64,000 bases of DNA from a virus (IMGVR_UViG_3300045391_001060:3605-67604); one strand, 5' to 3'; shown: positions 18,718 to 28,506, numbered from the stretch's first letter. Notes: generated by a model not told the origin, from the letters alone. A program made the numbers and translations.

Positions 18718-21556
18718 ATATCAAGAAGGCGGCGAGGCGGACATCGGGGACGACACCGACACGAGCGGTGGCGCTCTCGGCGTCTTGGGGCAAACGGCGG
18801 ACCCCATGACGATTCTGCTGTCGCAGATTACGCAGAACATGACCTCGACTCCCGAGGCCCAGAACTACGCGAGGCAGATCCTCCAAGGTATCCTCGACAG
18901 CCAGGGGAGAGATGTCGGCGACACGCCCGTCCTCCAAAAGCTACGAGGTCAGCAGGAGGACTACCGCAAGGCTTTGGAAACCGCTCGGCGGCGGCTCGTA
19001 GCACAGCACTACAACACCGGGGACGCTCTACTGGCGGCCGCCGGGGCTCTGGGCCAGCCGACCAAGACCGGGGCGCTAGGCGAAACGGCGTCGAACGTCT
19101 TCGAGGCCATTCGCAAACCCCTGGCCGAGAAAGGAGCGTTCGAGCGTGCTCGCGACGCGGGCCTAACCGGCATCGACCTGGAAGAGGCGGGCCTACAGAC
19201 CCCGGAGCTGAATGCCGAGCTGGCGTTGGAGAAAATCCGACAGACGCTCAGCGGGCGTCTGGCCGAGTACTCGCTCAAGGAGCTGGGAAAGCAGACGGGC
19301 CAGGGTAATGTCAAGTCGGTCAATCCGGAAGTCGAAGCGGCAAAGGCACTGGACCGGGATTATGTCAAGGAGCACAACGAGTTCATCGGCGGCGGTTCGG
19401 CGCAGGCGGCTCAGGGTCTCTCGACGCTCAAGTTCGCTTACGACCAGCTGTCGAAGCCCGGACACAGCGACACTCTTTCCGGCCCCTACGTCGGGACCGT
19501 CGAGTCCATTCCATACATCGGTCGAGGTATCCAGGACATCGTCTGGCCCGAGGGCTCCGACGTTCGGAACATGATCGAGCAGACGGTTCAGCGTTCTCTG
19601 CGGCCGATCCTAGGCGCGCAGTTCACGGAGCGCGAGGGAACGAACCTGCTCAATCGAGTTTTCAACCCGCGCCTGGAGGAGTGGCGTAACGCTCGTCGCC
19701 TCAACTATCTCGTCACACAGATGGAGGAGGCGTACAAGAACAAGGTCGCGATGGCCGACTGGTTCAACACGCACCACACGCTCTACGGGTTTAAGGGCAA
19801 GACCACTTACGACATAAACGATTTCTATGTTCCAGAGAACATCGGTCGGGGAAAGGACAGGGCGCATCCCGACGCGGGCGGTGGAGACGACGATTTGTCC
19901 CCGGCGGCCAAGGCGTCGCTCGGCGCGGACCCGACTTTGTTCTTGGATGAGAGCGAGAGACAGCGGTACCACAACGCCCAGCGCCATGCGAAAGGCGGCC
20001 GGGTGCGTCGCCGTTTCCAAGAGGGCGGCCCCGTCATGGACAACCCGGACCCTCAGGAAGACTCCAGTTTCCTGGATAGCCTGGCCTCAACTTGGAAACA
20101 GAGCCCGGCCTCTCTCCTGGTTGACGCGGGTGTCGGTGGAACGGCGGGACTCGGAGCCGAGGCGATGCTCACGGCGCTCGCCCGGCAGATCGACCGGAAG
20201 GGCAACGCCGAGCGTCTGGTGATGAAGGCGGCGACTCGCGGTGCCAAGAACCCGGTCCAGGAGGCGAACACGATCGCGAGCGACGTCAAGCGGGCGAACC
20301 GCCTGGGCGTTCCGATGCAGCTGCTCGACGTAGACAAGCCCGGTCTTCAGGCGTTGACCGAGCGAGCGATCGCCACCGGCGGCGAGGACGCAGATACCGC
20401 CCTGGACGCGCTTCGCGCAAAGGTCGAAGGATCGCGCGAGCGCACGAACGCGCAGATCAATAAGGGGATGAAGCCCTATCCGGCATACGACTACAGCAAG
20501 CAGCTCCAGAAGAACCTGCAGACCAAGGCCGAGCCGATTTTCCAGCAAGCCTACGCGAAGGCACCGGGCCTACCGCAGGATCAGATGCTGAACGAGATCA
20601 TCGACACCCCGGAAGGCCAGAAGGCTCTTCAGTGGGCGATGCGGTTCTATCTCAACGTCCCCGGTCGAAAGATCGGCAAGGAGAATCCGGTCAGCGGTCT
20701 GGTCCAGAAGCCGTCGCTGGAGTTCTACGATTACATCCGCAAGGGCTTCGACACGCTCATCGACCAGGAGGAACGCGGCAAGGAGGACGGGACCGAGTTC
20801 AGCAACACCGTTCTGCGGCCGCTCCGGAAGATGTTCACCGACCGGCTCGACGCTATGGCCCCGCCCGAGTACAAGGCGGCCCGGCAGCAATACGCTGGCG
20901 ACCTCGAGGTCAAGGACGCTCTGAAGTGGGGTATGAAGTTCGACAAGCTCAATCCGGACGAGATCGCAGACACGGTCAGCAAGATGTCGTTCTACGAGAA
21001 GAACGCGGCTAAGACCGGCGTAGCCCAGCGTCTGTACGACCTGATGGACAAGTCGTCGTCGCAGAACTTCAACGCGGCTCAGAGGATCGCGGGATCACCG
21101 GCCCTGATGAAACAACTGGAGCCCCTCTTCGACAAGCCGAGTGAGTTCGCCAACTTCCAGGAGGCTCTCAGGCAGGAAGCTGAGATGTTCCGGACGGGCC
21201 GAAGTCTCGTGGATCGCGGAGAGAACATCCGGCTGACGACCGAGAAGGAGCGTCAGACGCCGCTCGAGTACGCAGCCAAGCGAGCCGCTGGCTTCCGGTT
21301 CTCCATCTCGCCGCTCGGTTGGTTCCTCCGTATCATGCGCGACCGGCCCGCGATGACTCAGGCGGAATCCTCCCGAGTTCTGGAGATCCTGCAGAGGAAC
21401 GATCCAAAGGAGATGGACGCCTTCGCGCGCTCCGCACCGCGCCTACTCCGCAGCCGAGTTCCGAGGGCAGCGGGCGTAGCGGCAATTGGCGCGGGTCTCA
21501 AGACTCTCTTCGGCCACGACCCTGAGCCCGAGGAGCCGGAGCCCGCCACGCCATGA
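18701..21556 (+). CDS. Large internal virion (ejection) protein
   Basis: 951 aa, helical, located in the ejection cluster, three GG motifs. Confidence 0.6.
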   Translation: MLMRRRYQEGGEADIGDDTDTSGGALGVLGQTADPMTILLSQITQNMTSTPEAQNYARQILQGILDSQGRDVGDTPVLQKLRGQQEDYRKALETARRRLVAQHYNTGDALLAAAGALGQPTKTGALGETASNVFEAIRKPLAEKGAFERARDAGLTGIDLEEAGLQTPELNAELALEKIRQTLSGRLAEYSLKELGKQTGQGNVKSVNPEVEAAKALDRDYVKEHNEFIGGGSAQAAQGLSTLKFAYDQLSKPGHSDTLSGPYVGTVESIPYIGRGIQDIVWPEGSDVRNMIEQTVQRSLRPILGAQFTEREGTNLLNRVFNPRLEEWRNARRLNYLVTQMEEAYKNKVAMADWFNTHHTLYGFKGKTTYDINDFYVPENIGRGKDRAHPDAGGGDDDLSPAAKASLGADPTLFLDESERQRYHNAQRHAKGGRVRRRFQEGGPVMDNPDPQEDSSFLDSLASTWKQSPASLLVDAGVGGTAGLGAEAMLTALARQIDRKGNAERLVMKAATRGAKNPVQEANTIASDVKRANRLGVPMQLLDVDKPGLQALTERAIATGGEDADTALDALRAKVEGSRERTNAQINKGMKPYPAYDYSKQLQKNLQTKAEPIFQQAYAKAPGLPQDQMLNEIIDTPEGQKALQWAMRFYLNVPGRKIGKENPVSGLVQKPSLEFYDYIRKGFDTLIDQEERGKEDGTEFSNTVLRPLRKMFTDRLDAMAPPEYKAARQQYAGDLEVKDALKWGMKFDKLNPDEIADTVSKMSFYEKNAAKTGVAQRLYDLMDKSSSQNFNAAQRIAGSPALMKQLEPLFDKPSEFANFQEALRQEAEMFRTGRSLVDRGENIRLTTEKERQTPLEYAAKRAAGFRFSISPLGWFLRIMRDRPAMTQAESSRVLEILQRNDPKEMDAFARSAPRLLRSRVPRAAGVAAIGAGLKTLFGHDPEPEEPEPATP

Positions 21557-24500
21557 GCGAAGCACTAGATGAGCTGAAGGCTTGGGCCGACCGTCTAGGT
21601 CGGTTCTTGCCTGGAATGGGCGGCCCCTCGACCGAGGACATCAGCCGGATGTCTCCCGAGGAGTACGCGCAGTATCAGCAAGACCTCGCGGGAGCAAAGG
21701 CACGTGGTCCCGTGAAGGTTCGTCGGCTGGCGGGAAACATCCTCAAGTCTTACCAGTCGGTTAATCCGGATACCGGCGAGGTTGAGTTCTTCGCCAAAGA
21801 TCCGATGCACATGACTCGGCCCGAGATCGCGGACGAGCTGATCGCTATACCGGCTTGGCTCGGCGAGGCACTCGGCTACGACATGTCGAACTGGCCGCAG
21901 TCTCAGCAAGCGGTTGAGAATACCAAAGCGGTCGAGACCTTCATGCGGGATCGCCTGGACTATCCGCCGCCGTCGAGCACCGAGGATTATATGCTGGACG
22001 CGGCCGGGTCGATGCTCGGCCAGTTGCCTGTGCCGGAAGGTTCGTTCGCCAAGCTCAAGGCCCCGTTCCGGATCGCCGGTGAGAAAGCCCGCGCGGCTCT
22101 CGGCCCCGTCGTTGGTAGAGCGGCTCAGGCCACGACTCTGGTTCCTCGTGCGGGGATCGAGTTCTTCAGCCCGATGGTAGAACCATCCCTGTACAACTAC
22201 GCGAGCGGTACTGGGTTCGGTACGGGTCTGTCCTACATGCGCGATGAGGACCTGGACGAGTTCGACTCGCTGAAGTGGAAGCTCGAGCACGGAGAGGTCG
22301 ATCCGGACGAGGCTATCAAGCGGCTCACCGAGATAATGACTCGGATCGGCGGTCCTCAGCAGCAGCCCGAGGTGGACAACTCGATCCCTCCGGTTCACAT
22401 CCCTGGTCATGCCAAGGGCGGGAGGATCAAACTCGGGGCACTTCGTGACGTCACTAAGGAGTACAACGAGTCCTTTGCTCCGCAGAAGGGCATGTTCTCT
22501 ACGCTGCGCAAACTAATCGAGGGTGCGCCTTTCGAGGAGGCTCCGACCGCTGAGTGGCAGAACTACCTCAAGCCAGGCCGCATGTTCACTCGCGAGGGCG
22601 TTCAGTTCCCGCTCAAAAAGGAGGAGCTGGATTATACCATCGCGCCGTCTCTGACACCCGATCCTGAGCCGCACATCTATCCTCAGCCCCGGACCAAGGC
22701 GGACCTTCTCTTCGACCTGGAGCTGTCTCGCCCGAGGTTCGGGCTGACTGTAGGCGACTCGGATCTTTCCGAGGGGCGCGGGCTAGACCAAGCTGCCTCG
22801 AAAGGCCAGTTTGATGAGAAGTATGCGGAGATCCAGAAGAAACTGGACGATCTGTATGATCGCTCGCAACCGAAAAAAGAGCAGAGGTTCAAGCTAGAGG
22901 CCGCTCACTACGGACCCAGCCGAGACGAGGAGTGGCAGTTCGGTAGCCGTCTCTCGCATACGTCGCCAGGATCGACTTACCAGGAGTCGATCACCCGGAT
23001 GCCCGAAGTCCTGAACTACGGGAATCATTTCGACCCCGATACGCTGTCCTGGGCTCGTACTAGCTCGCACCAGCTGCCGAGCGGCGAGAAGATGCGGCTG
23101 GTCGAGGAGATCCAGTCGGACCTTCACCAGAGAGCCGCGCAGCCCGCCCCTACGTCGGTCCTCGATCTGTCAAACGAGGAGCAGAGGGAATACGCTGATC
23201 TGGCCGCCGCCGAAATCTCGCATCGACACGGATATACGGACGAGTCAAAGTTTACGCCAGAGCAAGCGGCCCGCTTCGCTGAATTGCAAGCTAAGCTGAA
23301 GGCAATTGCCGGGCGTCGAGGTTACTTCACTCCGGAGATGTCGAAAGAGCACAAGGCTCTCGCCAAGGAGCGTGAGAGTGCCTACGAAGACACCATGGGG
23401 GCATTGACCGACGACGAGTACGCCCAATACCGAAAGATACGCGACAAAGCCAACGAGATGGCGGCGACCGGCTATTGGACGGATGACAACGACACGTTGA
23501 TCTCCTCCGATGACTATACCGTCCTGAAGGAGCGCTCTCGTCTCGAACACGAAGCGGACAAGCTAGAGAGGCTGTCTCTGGAGCGTCGCGGTTGGACCCC
23601 TGACAAGGAGGAGAGACTGAGCGCTCTCGGCCGCCGTATGACCGGCTCGCCCGACGCGCCGTTCAAAGATCCGGCCGACTACGCGCGGCTAGAGCTAAAG
23701 AAGCAACTGCTGAACGCCGCGAACAACGATGAAGACTATGTCGCCATGGTCACCGGCAAAGACCAGCGAGAGCGTTACGGCATGCACGAGGACTCCGACT
23801 CGGAGGACAGCGGCATGTCGTATATGTACGATACCATCTATCCGTCGGAGATGAAGAAGCTCGCGAAGCAGTACGGCGCGGAGATCACGCAGATCACGGC
23901 CCCGATGAACGTGACTGAGAAGGACGTGCGCGGCGAGACCATGCGGACCCTTGGACTCGAGAACGGCGATGACGTCCAGAATTTTCTATACAAGCCTGAG
24001 TTCATTCCGAGACCAGGGAGAGTAAAAGAGACGGCCATACCGGCTCAGTTCGACGACGAGGCTGCGGCCCGGATCATGGCCGATCTTCTCGACAGCCCCT
24101 GGATCCAGCGGAACGCAAAGCGCTCGTGGGAGCTGGCGAATGAGGATCTGATCAACATCATGGATGGCCGGTGGAAAGGAAATCCCGATCTGGCCTACCA
24201 TGTCGCCGGGCAGATCCGCGATCTAGTCGATCTCCAGCTCGCGCATGAGGAGTCGCGAGTCGTTCAGGACAAGACCTTCCCCGCGATCAAGCTCACTCCT
24301 GAGATCCGCGAGAAGATCAAGAAGGCGGGTGTATCGCTCTGGACGGTCGGTGCCGGTGCGACGATGCTGAACTCGGGACAGGACGAGCAGCCGGAGCCGC
24401 AGAAGTACGCCAAGGGCGGCCGAATCAAGCCGCCTAGCCTGATGGAACTTCGCAAGTCGATCGAGGGTATGTTCCGCGAGGCTCCCGAGCTGACGGGCTC

Positions 24501-26742
24501 GGGCAAGGAGATGGTTCCCGTCGAGCCGTCGGCGGATCTCCCGCCCGCCACTACCGATATCACACCGACGCTCGAAGACCTGAAACAGATGGCTGGCGAG
24601 GCCGCGCCTGCTCCAAAACCCCCGGAGCCGACGCAGATCACGGATATGCCGCTGAGTCGGCGGACGTTCCTGAAAAGCGCCGCTAGGGGCGCGGCCTCCT
24701 TGATGAGCCCGGTTAAACTGAATCTTGAGTCGCTTCTGGATCCAGTTACGAGTAGCCTAGAGCTTTCTAAGCTAGGAGAAAGTACTGTGACTGAGAAACC
24801 GGATCTGATGGGATTTATCGCGCGGCTGAATGATCGTGAAGGATACGAGCGGTCGGCTTGGGGCATTACACCGAAGCACGCCAGAGACGCGCTCAGGAAT
24901 GCTTTGTCCGACGGCGATCCCGACTACGATCCCAGTGGGACAATTACGGAGTTTGGCATCGACTATCGCCGTGCCCCTCTGAACGAACTCGGCGATACTC
25001 AGGAAGGCGACGACCATCTCGAGCGTGTGCTGTCTGAGTTCCGGGGGCTGTCCGATCGCATTCGGGATGGTCATTACACATTCCCGCTTCGTCCCCAGGA
25101 CGTTCCCAAGATTCTCGACCCAGAGTATCACCCCGAGGGCGCGAAGTATGAGAAAGAGCGCGCCGAGCGTCTGCTCCAGGAGTATGCTACCGAATCGGGA
25201 CAGCCGGTAGAGCAAGCCCGGAAGACGCTTCAGGATCGTCTGCAGAGCGAGGTGGAAAACCGGATTCCCGCCAGTCGTTCCGAGTTTGAGGGCATCCTCG
25301 CCGACATTACGCAAGAGGCGGACGACGCGAACTGGGAGGGAGCACACGAGACTCTCAAGAGGATTCCTGGTAGTGAGGGGGTCCAGGCAAAACTTCGAGA
25401 GTTCCAGCAGGCCCTCGATCAGGCCGTCGCGGAGACAGACAAGATCGCGCCTCCACAAACGGCAGAGTGGTGGGAAGCAAACAAGAAATTTGAGGCTCCT
25501 ATCATGGAAAAGGCCATCGCCTGGGAAGACGAGCTAGAGAAGCTCGCCGGGGAATATGGCTATCGTCGATGGTTGCCTAACGAGGTTCGGCCGCGCTTCG
25601 AGGATTGGGATTTCCTCCACGACTTCCATCCGGTGCAAATGAAATCGCAGTCCATGGCGATCGACCCCGAGGAGCTGGAAGGCTTCTTGCGACAGTCGGC
25701 CTCCGACTATGCCGAGACTTCGGGTTACTGGTGGGCAACGAATCTCCGTGATTCGCTCGAGGGTGGTGATACCGATCACGGTTGGCCGCACGAGGAGGGC
25801 TTTGGTTCGATCAAACCGAAATTCGAGCAGATGATGAAGGAGAACGGTACTTGGCAGGACGAGGATGGGACTATCCATTTCGATCCCGAGGGGGCCAAGA
25901 GAATCGAGGACGAGAGTAATCGGATCTCCGAGTGGCTCGACATGTCGGATCTCGTCAAGATTCATCGCAAGAGACTGGGCGAGGTCGATCCCTGGGAGCA
26001 CTACGATCTTGGCGGCGACGACGATGTCGACTACCACGGCGGCTACGTTACCAACATGCTCGACGCCCTCCACGCTTTTCACAATTACAAGCAGACCGGC
26101 GACTGGCCCCGAGTATCTCAGGAGTACAAAGACTGGGCCAGAAAGACTGGGCGGCTTATGGAGGACTGGGACGTTTACCGAACCGGCGATCCCGAGAATG
26201 GCCCTGGCGGTCCTCGTATCGCCAAGCTCTTGACTCCGGCCGAGAGGAAGGAGGTCCACGATCTTCTTCAGAGCGAGGACTCGGAGGAGCTGGACAACAT
26301 GGCAGCTCGCGATCCCGAGAGTATTCCGCCTCAGTTCCGACCGGATGCAGTCCGGAAACGCCTCAAGGAGATTTATCAGGGGTTACAGGATCGAGTGCTC
26401 GGCCCCAAGCCCGAGGGTGGTCCGCCGCCCACTGAGTCTTTTAAGTGGCCCGAGACTGACCCAACCGAGAAGAAGTTGAATCGGCTAAACTCCTGGCTAC
26501 ACCAGCAGGATAACTGGCCGGACTCGATTAAGGTCAAGGATATTCAGCAGGAGATGGGAGGCGGACCCATTCCGTCCGAGGTGAAGAGGTTGCGGAATGA
26601 GTTTCGGAACTTCCGCGACGCGCACATGGGTCCGCTCAAGCCAGGAAAGAGCTGGGAGCAGATCCGCGAGCACGAGAACCGGATACAGCAAGACTTCTAT
26701 GACGAAGTAATGAAATGGATCGGAGAGAAAAATGCCGAGTAA
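21553..26742 (+). CDS. Giant multi-module internal virion protein
   Basis: 1729 aa; two (H/Y)AKGGRIK motifs, an EEIQSD domain and an internal SRRTFLK. Confidence 0.6.
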   Translation: MSEALDELKAWADRLGRFLPGMGGPSTEDISRMSPEEYAQYQQDLAGAKARGPVKVRRLAGNILKSYQSVNPDTGEVEFFAKDPMHMTRPEIADELIAIPAWLGEALGYDMSNWPQSQQAVENTKAVETFMRDRLDYPPPSSTEDYMLDAAGSMLGQLPVPEGSFAKLKAPFRIAGEKARAALGPVVGRAAQATTLVPRAGIEFFSPMVEPSLYNYASGTGFGTGLSYMRDEDLDEFDSLKWKLEHGEVDPDEAIKRLTEIMTRIGGPQQQPEVDNSIPPVHIPGHAKGGRIKLGALRDVTKEYNESFAPQKGMFSTLRKLIEGAPFEEAPTAEWQNYLKPGRMFTREGVQFPLKKEELDYTIAPSLTPDPEPHIYPQPRTKADLLFDLELSRPRFGLTVGDSDLSEGRGLDQAASKGQFDEKYAEIQKKLDDLYDRSQPKKEQRFKLEAAHYGPSRDEEWQFGSRLSHTSPGSTYQESITRMPEVLNYGNHFDPDTLSWARTSSHQLPSGEKMRLVEEIQSDLHQRAAQPAPTSVLDLSNEEQREYADLAAAEISHRHGYTDESKFTPEQAARFAELQAKLKAIAGRRGYFTPEMSKEHKALAKERESAYEDTMGALTDDEYAQYRKIRDKANEMAATGYWTDDNDTLISSDDYTVLKERSRLEHEADKLERLSLERRGWTPDKEERLSALGRRMTGSPDAPFKDPADYARLELKKQLLNAANNDEDYVAMVTGKDQRERYGMHEDSDSEDSGMSYMYDTIYPSEMKKLAKQYGAEITQITAPMNVTEKDVRGETMRTLGLENGDDVQNFLYKPEFIPRPGRVKETAIPAQFDDEAAARIMADLLDSPWIQRNAKRSWELANEDLINIMDGRWKGNPDLAYHVAGQIRDLVDLQLAHEESRVVQDKTFPAIKLTPEIREKIKKAGVSLWTVGAGATMLNSGQDEQPEPQKYAKGGRIKPPSLMELRKSIEGMFREAPELTGSGKEMVPVEPSADLPPATTDITPTLEDLKQMAGEAAPAPKPPEPTQITDMPLSRRTFLKSAARGAASLMSPVKLNLESLLDPVTSSLELSKLGESTVTEKPDLMGFIARLNDREGYERSAWGITPKHARDALRNALSDGDPDYDPSGTITEFGIDYRRAPLNELGDTQEGDDHLERVLSEFRGLSDRIRDGHYTFPLRPQDVPKILDPEYHPEGAKYEKERAERLLQEYATESGQPVEQARKTLQDRLQSEVENRIPASRSEFEGILADITQEADDANWEGAHETLKRIPGSEGVQAKLREFQQALDQAVAETDKIAPPQTAEWWEANKKFEAPIMEKAIAWEDELEKLAGEYGYRRWLPNEVRPRFEDWDFLHDFHPVQMKSQSMAIDPEELEGFLRQSASDYAETSGYWWATNLRDSLEGGDTDHGWPHEEGFGSIKPKFEQMMKENGTWQDEDGTIHFDPEGAKRIEDESNRISEWLDMSDLVKIHRKRLGEVDPWEHYDLGGDDDVDYHGGYVTNMLDALHAFHNYKQTGDWPRVSQEYKDWARKTGRLMEDWDVYRTGDPENGPGGPRIAKLLTPAERKEVHDLLQSEDSEELDNMAARDPESIPPQFRPDAVRKRLKEIYQGLQDRVLGPKPEGGPPPTESFKWPETDPTEKKLNRLNSWLHQQDNWPDSIKVKDIQQEMGGGPIPSEVKRLRNEFRNFRDAHMGPLKPGKSWEQIREHENRIQQDFYDEVMKWIGEKNAE

Positions 26743-27193
26743 ATCCAAGGCACAAGCAAGACTCATGGCCGCCGTCGCGCACGGCTGGAAGCCGGATCGG
26801 ATCAAGGGTCCGCCGGTCAAGGTCGCCAAGGAGTTCAACGCAGCGGATACGGGCAAGAAGATCCGCCGTGCCTCTGGGGGACCCGTTAGGAACCCGTTGG
26901 AGACCGGGCCTACGTCTCCACGGGGGGCTCTCGGCAGCCTAGGCGCTACGGCTAAGGTCGGCGACCTAGGGGGCGCGACGCGACCTAGGGGCGGCCTAGC
27001 GAAGCGGCCGGGCGCTAAAGGAGCGCGGCCGGGCTCGGCGTTGTCGGGTAGACCGCTACCCCGTCCCGCCCCGACCGGCAACGTGCGCCCTAGGCCCGGT
27101 CGCGGGGCCAATCCCTTGCTCGCGACGTCAGGGATGCCCGCCTTCGAGGCGTCCGACCGTCTGGAGTCCCTACGGAAGAGAGTAAAGCCCTGA
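26732..27193 (+). CDS. Small basic late protein with low-complexity tail
   Basis: MPSKSKAQARLMAAVAHG...VAKEF N-terminus, RASGGPV, then G/R/P-rich tail. Confidence 0.55.
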   Translation: MPSKSKAQARLMAAVAHGWKPDRIKGPPVKVAKEFNAADTGKKIRRASGGPVRNPLETGPTSPRGALGSLGATAKVGDLGGATRPRGGLAKRPGAKGARPGSALSGRPLPRPAPTGNVRPRPGRGANPLLATSGMPAFEASDRLESLRKRVKP

Positions 27194-27215
27194 GTCTCGG
27201 CTCCAGGGCCTACTC

Positions 27216-27398
27216 CTATGGACGGTAGAGTGCCTGGACCCAGGTGTACTCTATAGCAGGGCCGATATACTTCCAGGCGAAGACCGGCCCCCCACAGGGT
27301 AACCACTTAATGGTGGAGTTGGGAGCCTCCACGATATCTCGGACCCGATTCTCCAGCGCCTCCCAGGTCGGGGCGTCCACGATTTGATAGCTGGTCAT
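27216..27398 (-). CDS. Hypothetical protein
   Basis: 60 aa, coupled to the upstream ORF. Confidence 0.45.
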   Translation of the reverse strand: MTSYQIVDAPTWEALENRVRDIVEAPNSTIKWLPCGGPVFAWKYIGPAIEYTWVQALYRP

Positions 27399-27607
27399 CG
27401 TACTGGTCCTAGGTGCGGATCGGGTGGAGGGAACTTCGCGACCTCGTGAGCTACCCCTCGAGCATACCCGTGCGTAAAGGCGTGCTTGAGTTGTGAGTGA
27501 ATAACCCCGAGCTTCTCAGGCGACATAGCTCCCGTCGCTCTCACGATAGCCGCGATAGGCTGCGCCTGGTTAGCCCACTGCTGGAAGGCTAGGTCAATCT
27601 CTTCCAT
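27395..27607 (-). CDS. Hypothetical protein
   Basis: 70 aa, RBS GGAGG. Confidence 0.5.
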   Translation of the reverse strand: MEEIDLAFQQWANQAQPIAAIVRATGAMSPEKLGVIHSQLKHAFTHGYARGVAHEVAKFPPPDPHLGPVR

Positions 27608-27809
27608 CGTCCTCCCCCTTTTGCCCTAGCCCGCCCCCTCCCAGGCTTCCGAGCCCCTGGTCATAGCGGTGATGGATAGGATCGGAAGAGGGCGCGTGGT
27701 GGGATACGCCTCTCGGCTGTTTACGCTCCCACTCTTCCGGCGGGGGCATACGAGACTTCTCGGGGCCGCCGACTTGGATCCCGAAGAAGTTGAGGAACCA
27801 CTTAAACAT
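27594..27809 (-). CDS. Hypothetical protein
   Basis: 71 aa, RBS AGGAGG. Confidence 0.45.
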   Translation of the reverse strand: MFKWFLNFFGIQVGGPEKSRMPPPEEWERKQPRGVSHHAPSSDPIHHRYDQGLGSLGGGGLGQKGEDDGRD

Positions 27810-27827
27810 ACAACCTCCTGAGAAAGT

Positions 27828-27845
27828 GGGGCCGTCCTTGGCCCC
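27828..27845 (-). terminator. Hairpin, near-identical to the one at 28475
   Basis: ggggcc-gtcctt-ggcccc just downstream of 27854..28447. Confidence 0.5.
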
Positions 27846-27853
27846 TCCTCCCC

Positions 27854-28447
27854 CTAGACGAATGCCTTGCGGAGAACCTCTTTCTCCAGCTCCGTTAGAT
27901 CCCAGACCGCGCCGACGGCATAGAGGTCACCGATCAGCGGGATCAGGATAGCCGGATCGCCGAGCGGTACCGGAACCGGCTGCCAATCGGCCTCCCAGAG
28001 CACGAGGCAGAACTTGTACTGCTCGGCTACGGCTCGCGCCTCGGCCGGGACGATTGGAGCCTGCGCAGTAAAGCGCGGGCCGTTCACTCCCATCTCCCAA
28101 CGCGATGGGACGACCTTCTCCCAGTTCCCCGTCGCGAAGACCATGTTCTTGCCCGCGCCCCGGTACTGAACCTCGTGAGCCTTCGACGGCGTGATCGCGA
28201 GCTTGGGGACGGCGGTGACTTGTTGCTTCCGGCGTCGGCCGATAGGCCACTCCGACTCGAACATCTCCCGGTAGGAGATTTCCACCGGCAGGTCGCCCGC
28301 CATTTTGTGGAATCCCCCGGCTTCGAGAACCTTGCTGAGAGAAACGACCTGGAACTTGGCCTCGATTGCCCTCTTGGCGTCGGGCGTCGAGACGAGTCGG
28401 CCGAGAGCCCGAACCTCGTCGGGTGCGAGTGCGCTTTCTAATTGCAT
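27854..28447 (-). CDS. Phage protein of unknown function
   Basis: LWEADW...DPAIL...GDLYAVGAVWDLTELE; RBS AGGAG. Confidence 0.6.
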   Translation of the reverse strand: MQLESALAPDEVRALGRLVSTPDAKRAIEAKFQVVSLSKVLEAGGFHKMAGDLPVEISYREMFESEWPIGRRRKQQVTAVPKLAITPSKAHEVQYRGAGKNMVFATGNWEKVVPSRWEMGVNGPRFTAQAPIVPAEARAVAEQYKFCLVLWEADWQPVPVPLGDPAILIPLIGDLYAVGAVWDLTELEKEVLRKAFV

Positions 28448-28465
28448 TTCTGTCTCCTGTTAGTG

Positions 28466-28491
28466 GTTAAAAACGGGCCGTCCGTGGCCCC
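28466..28491 (-). terminator. Rho-independent terminator
   Basis: Minus strand ggggccacggacggccc followed by gtttttaa. Confidence 0.6.
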
Positions 28492-28506
28492 AGAGTTTCC
28501 TCCCCG

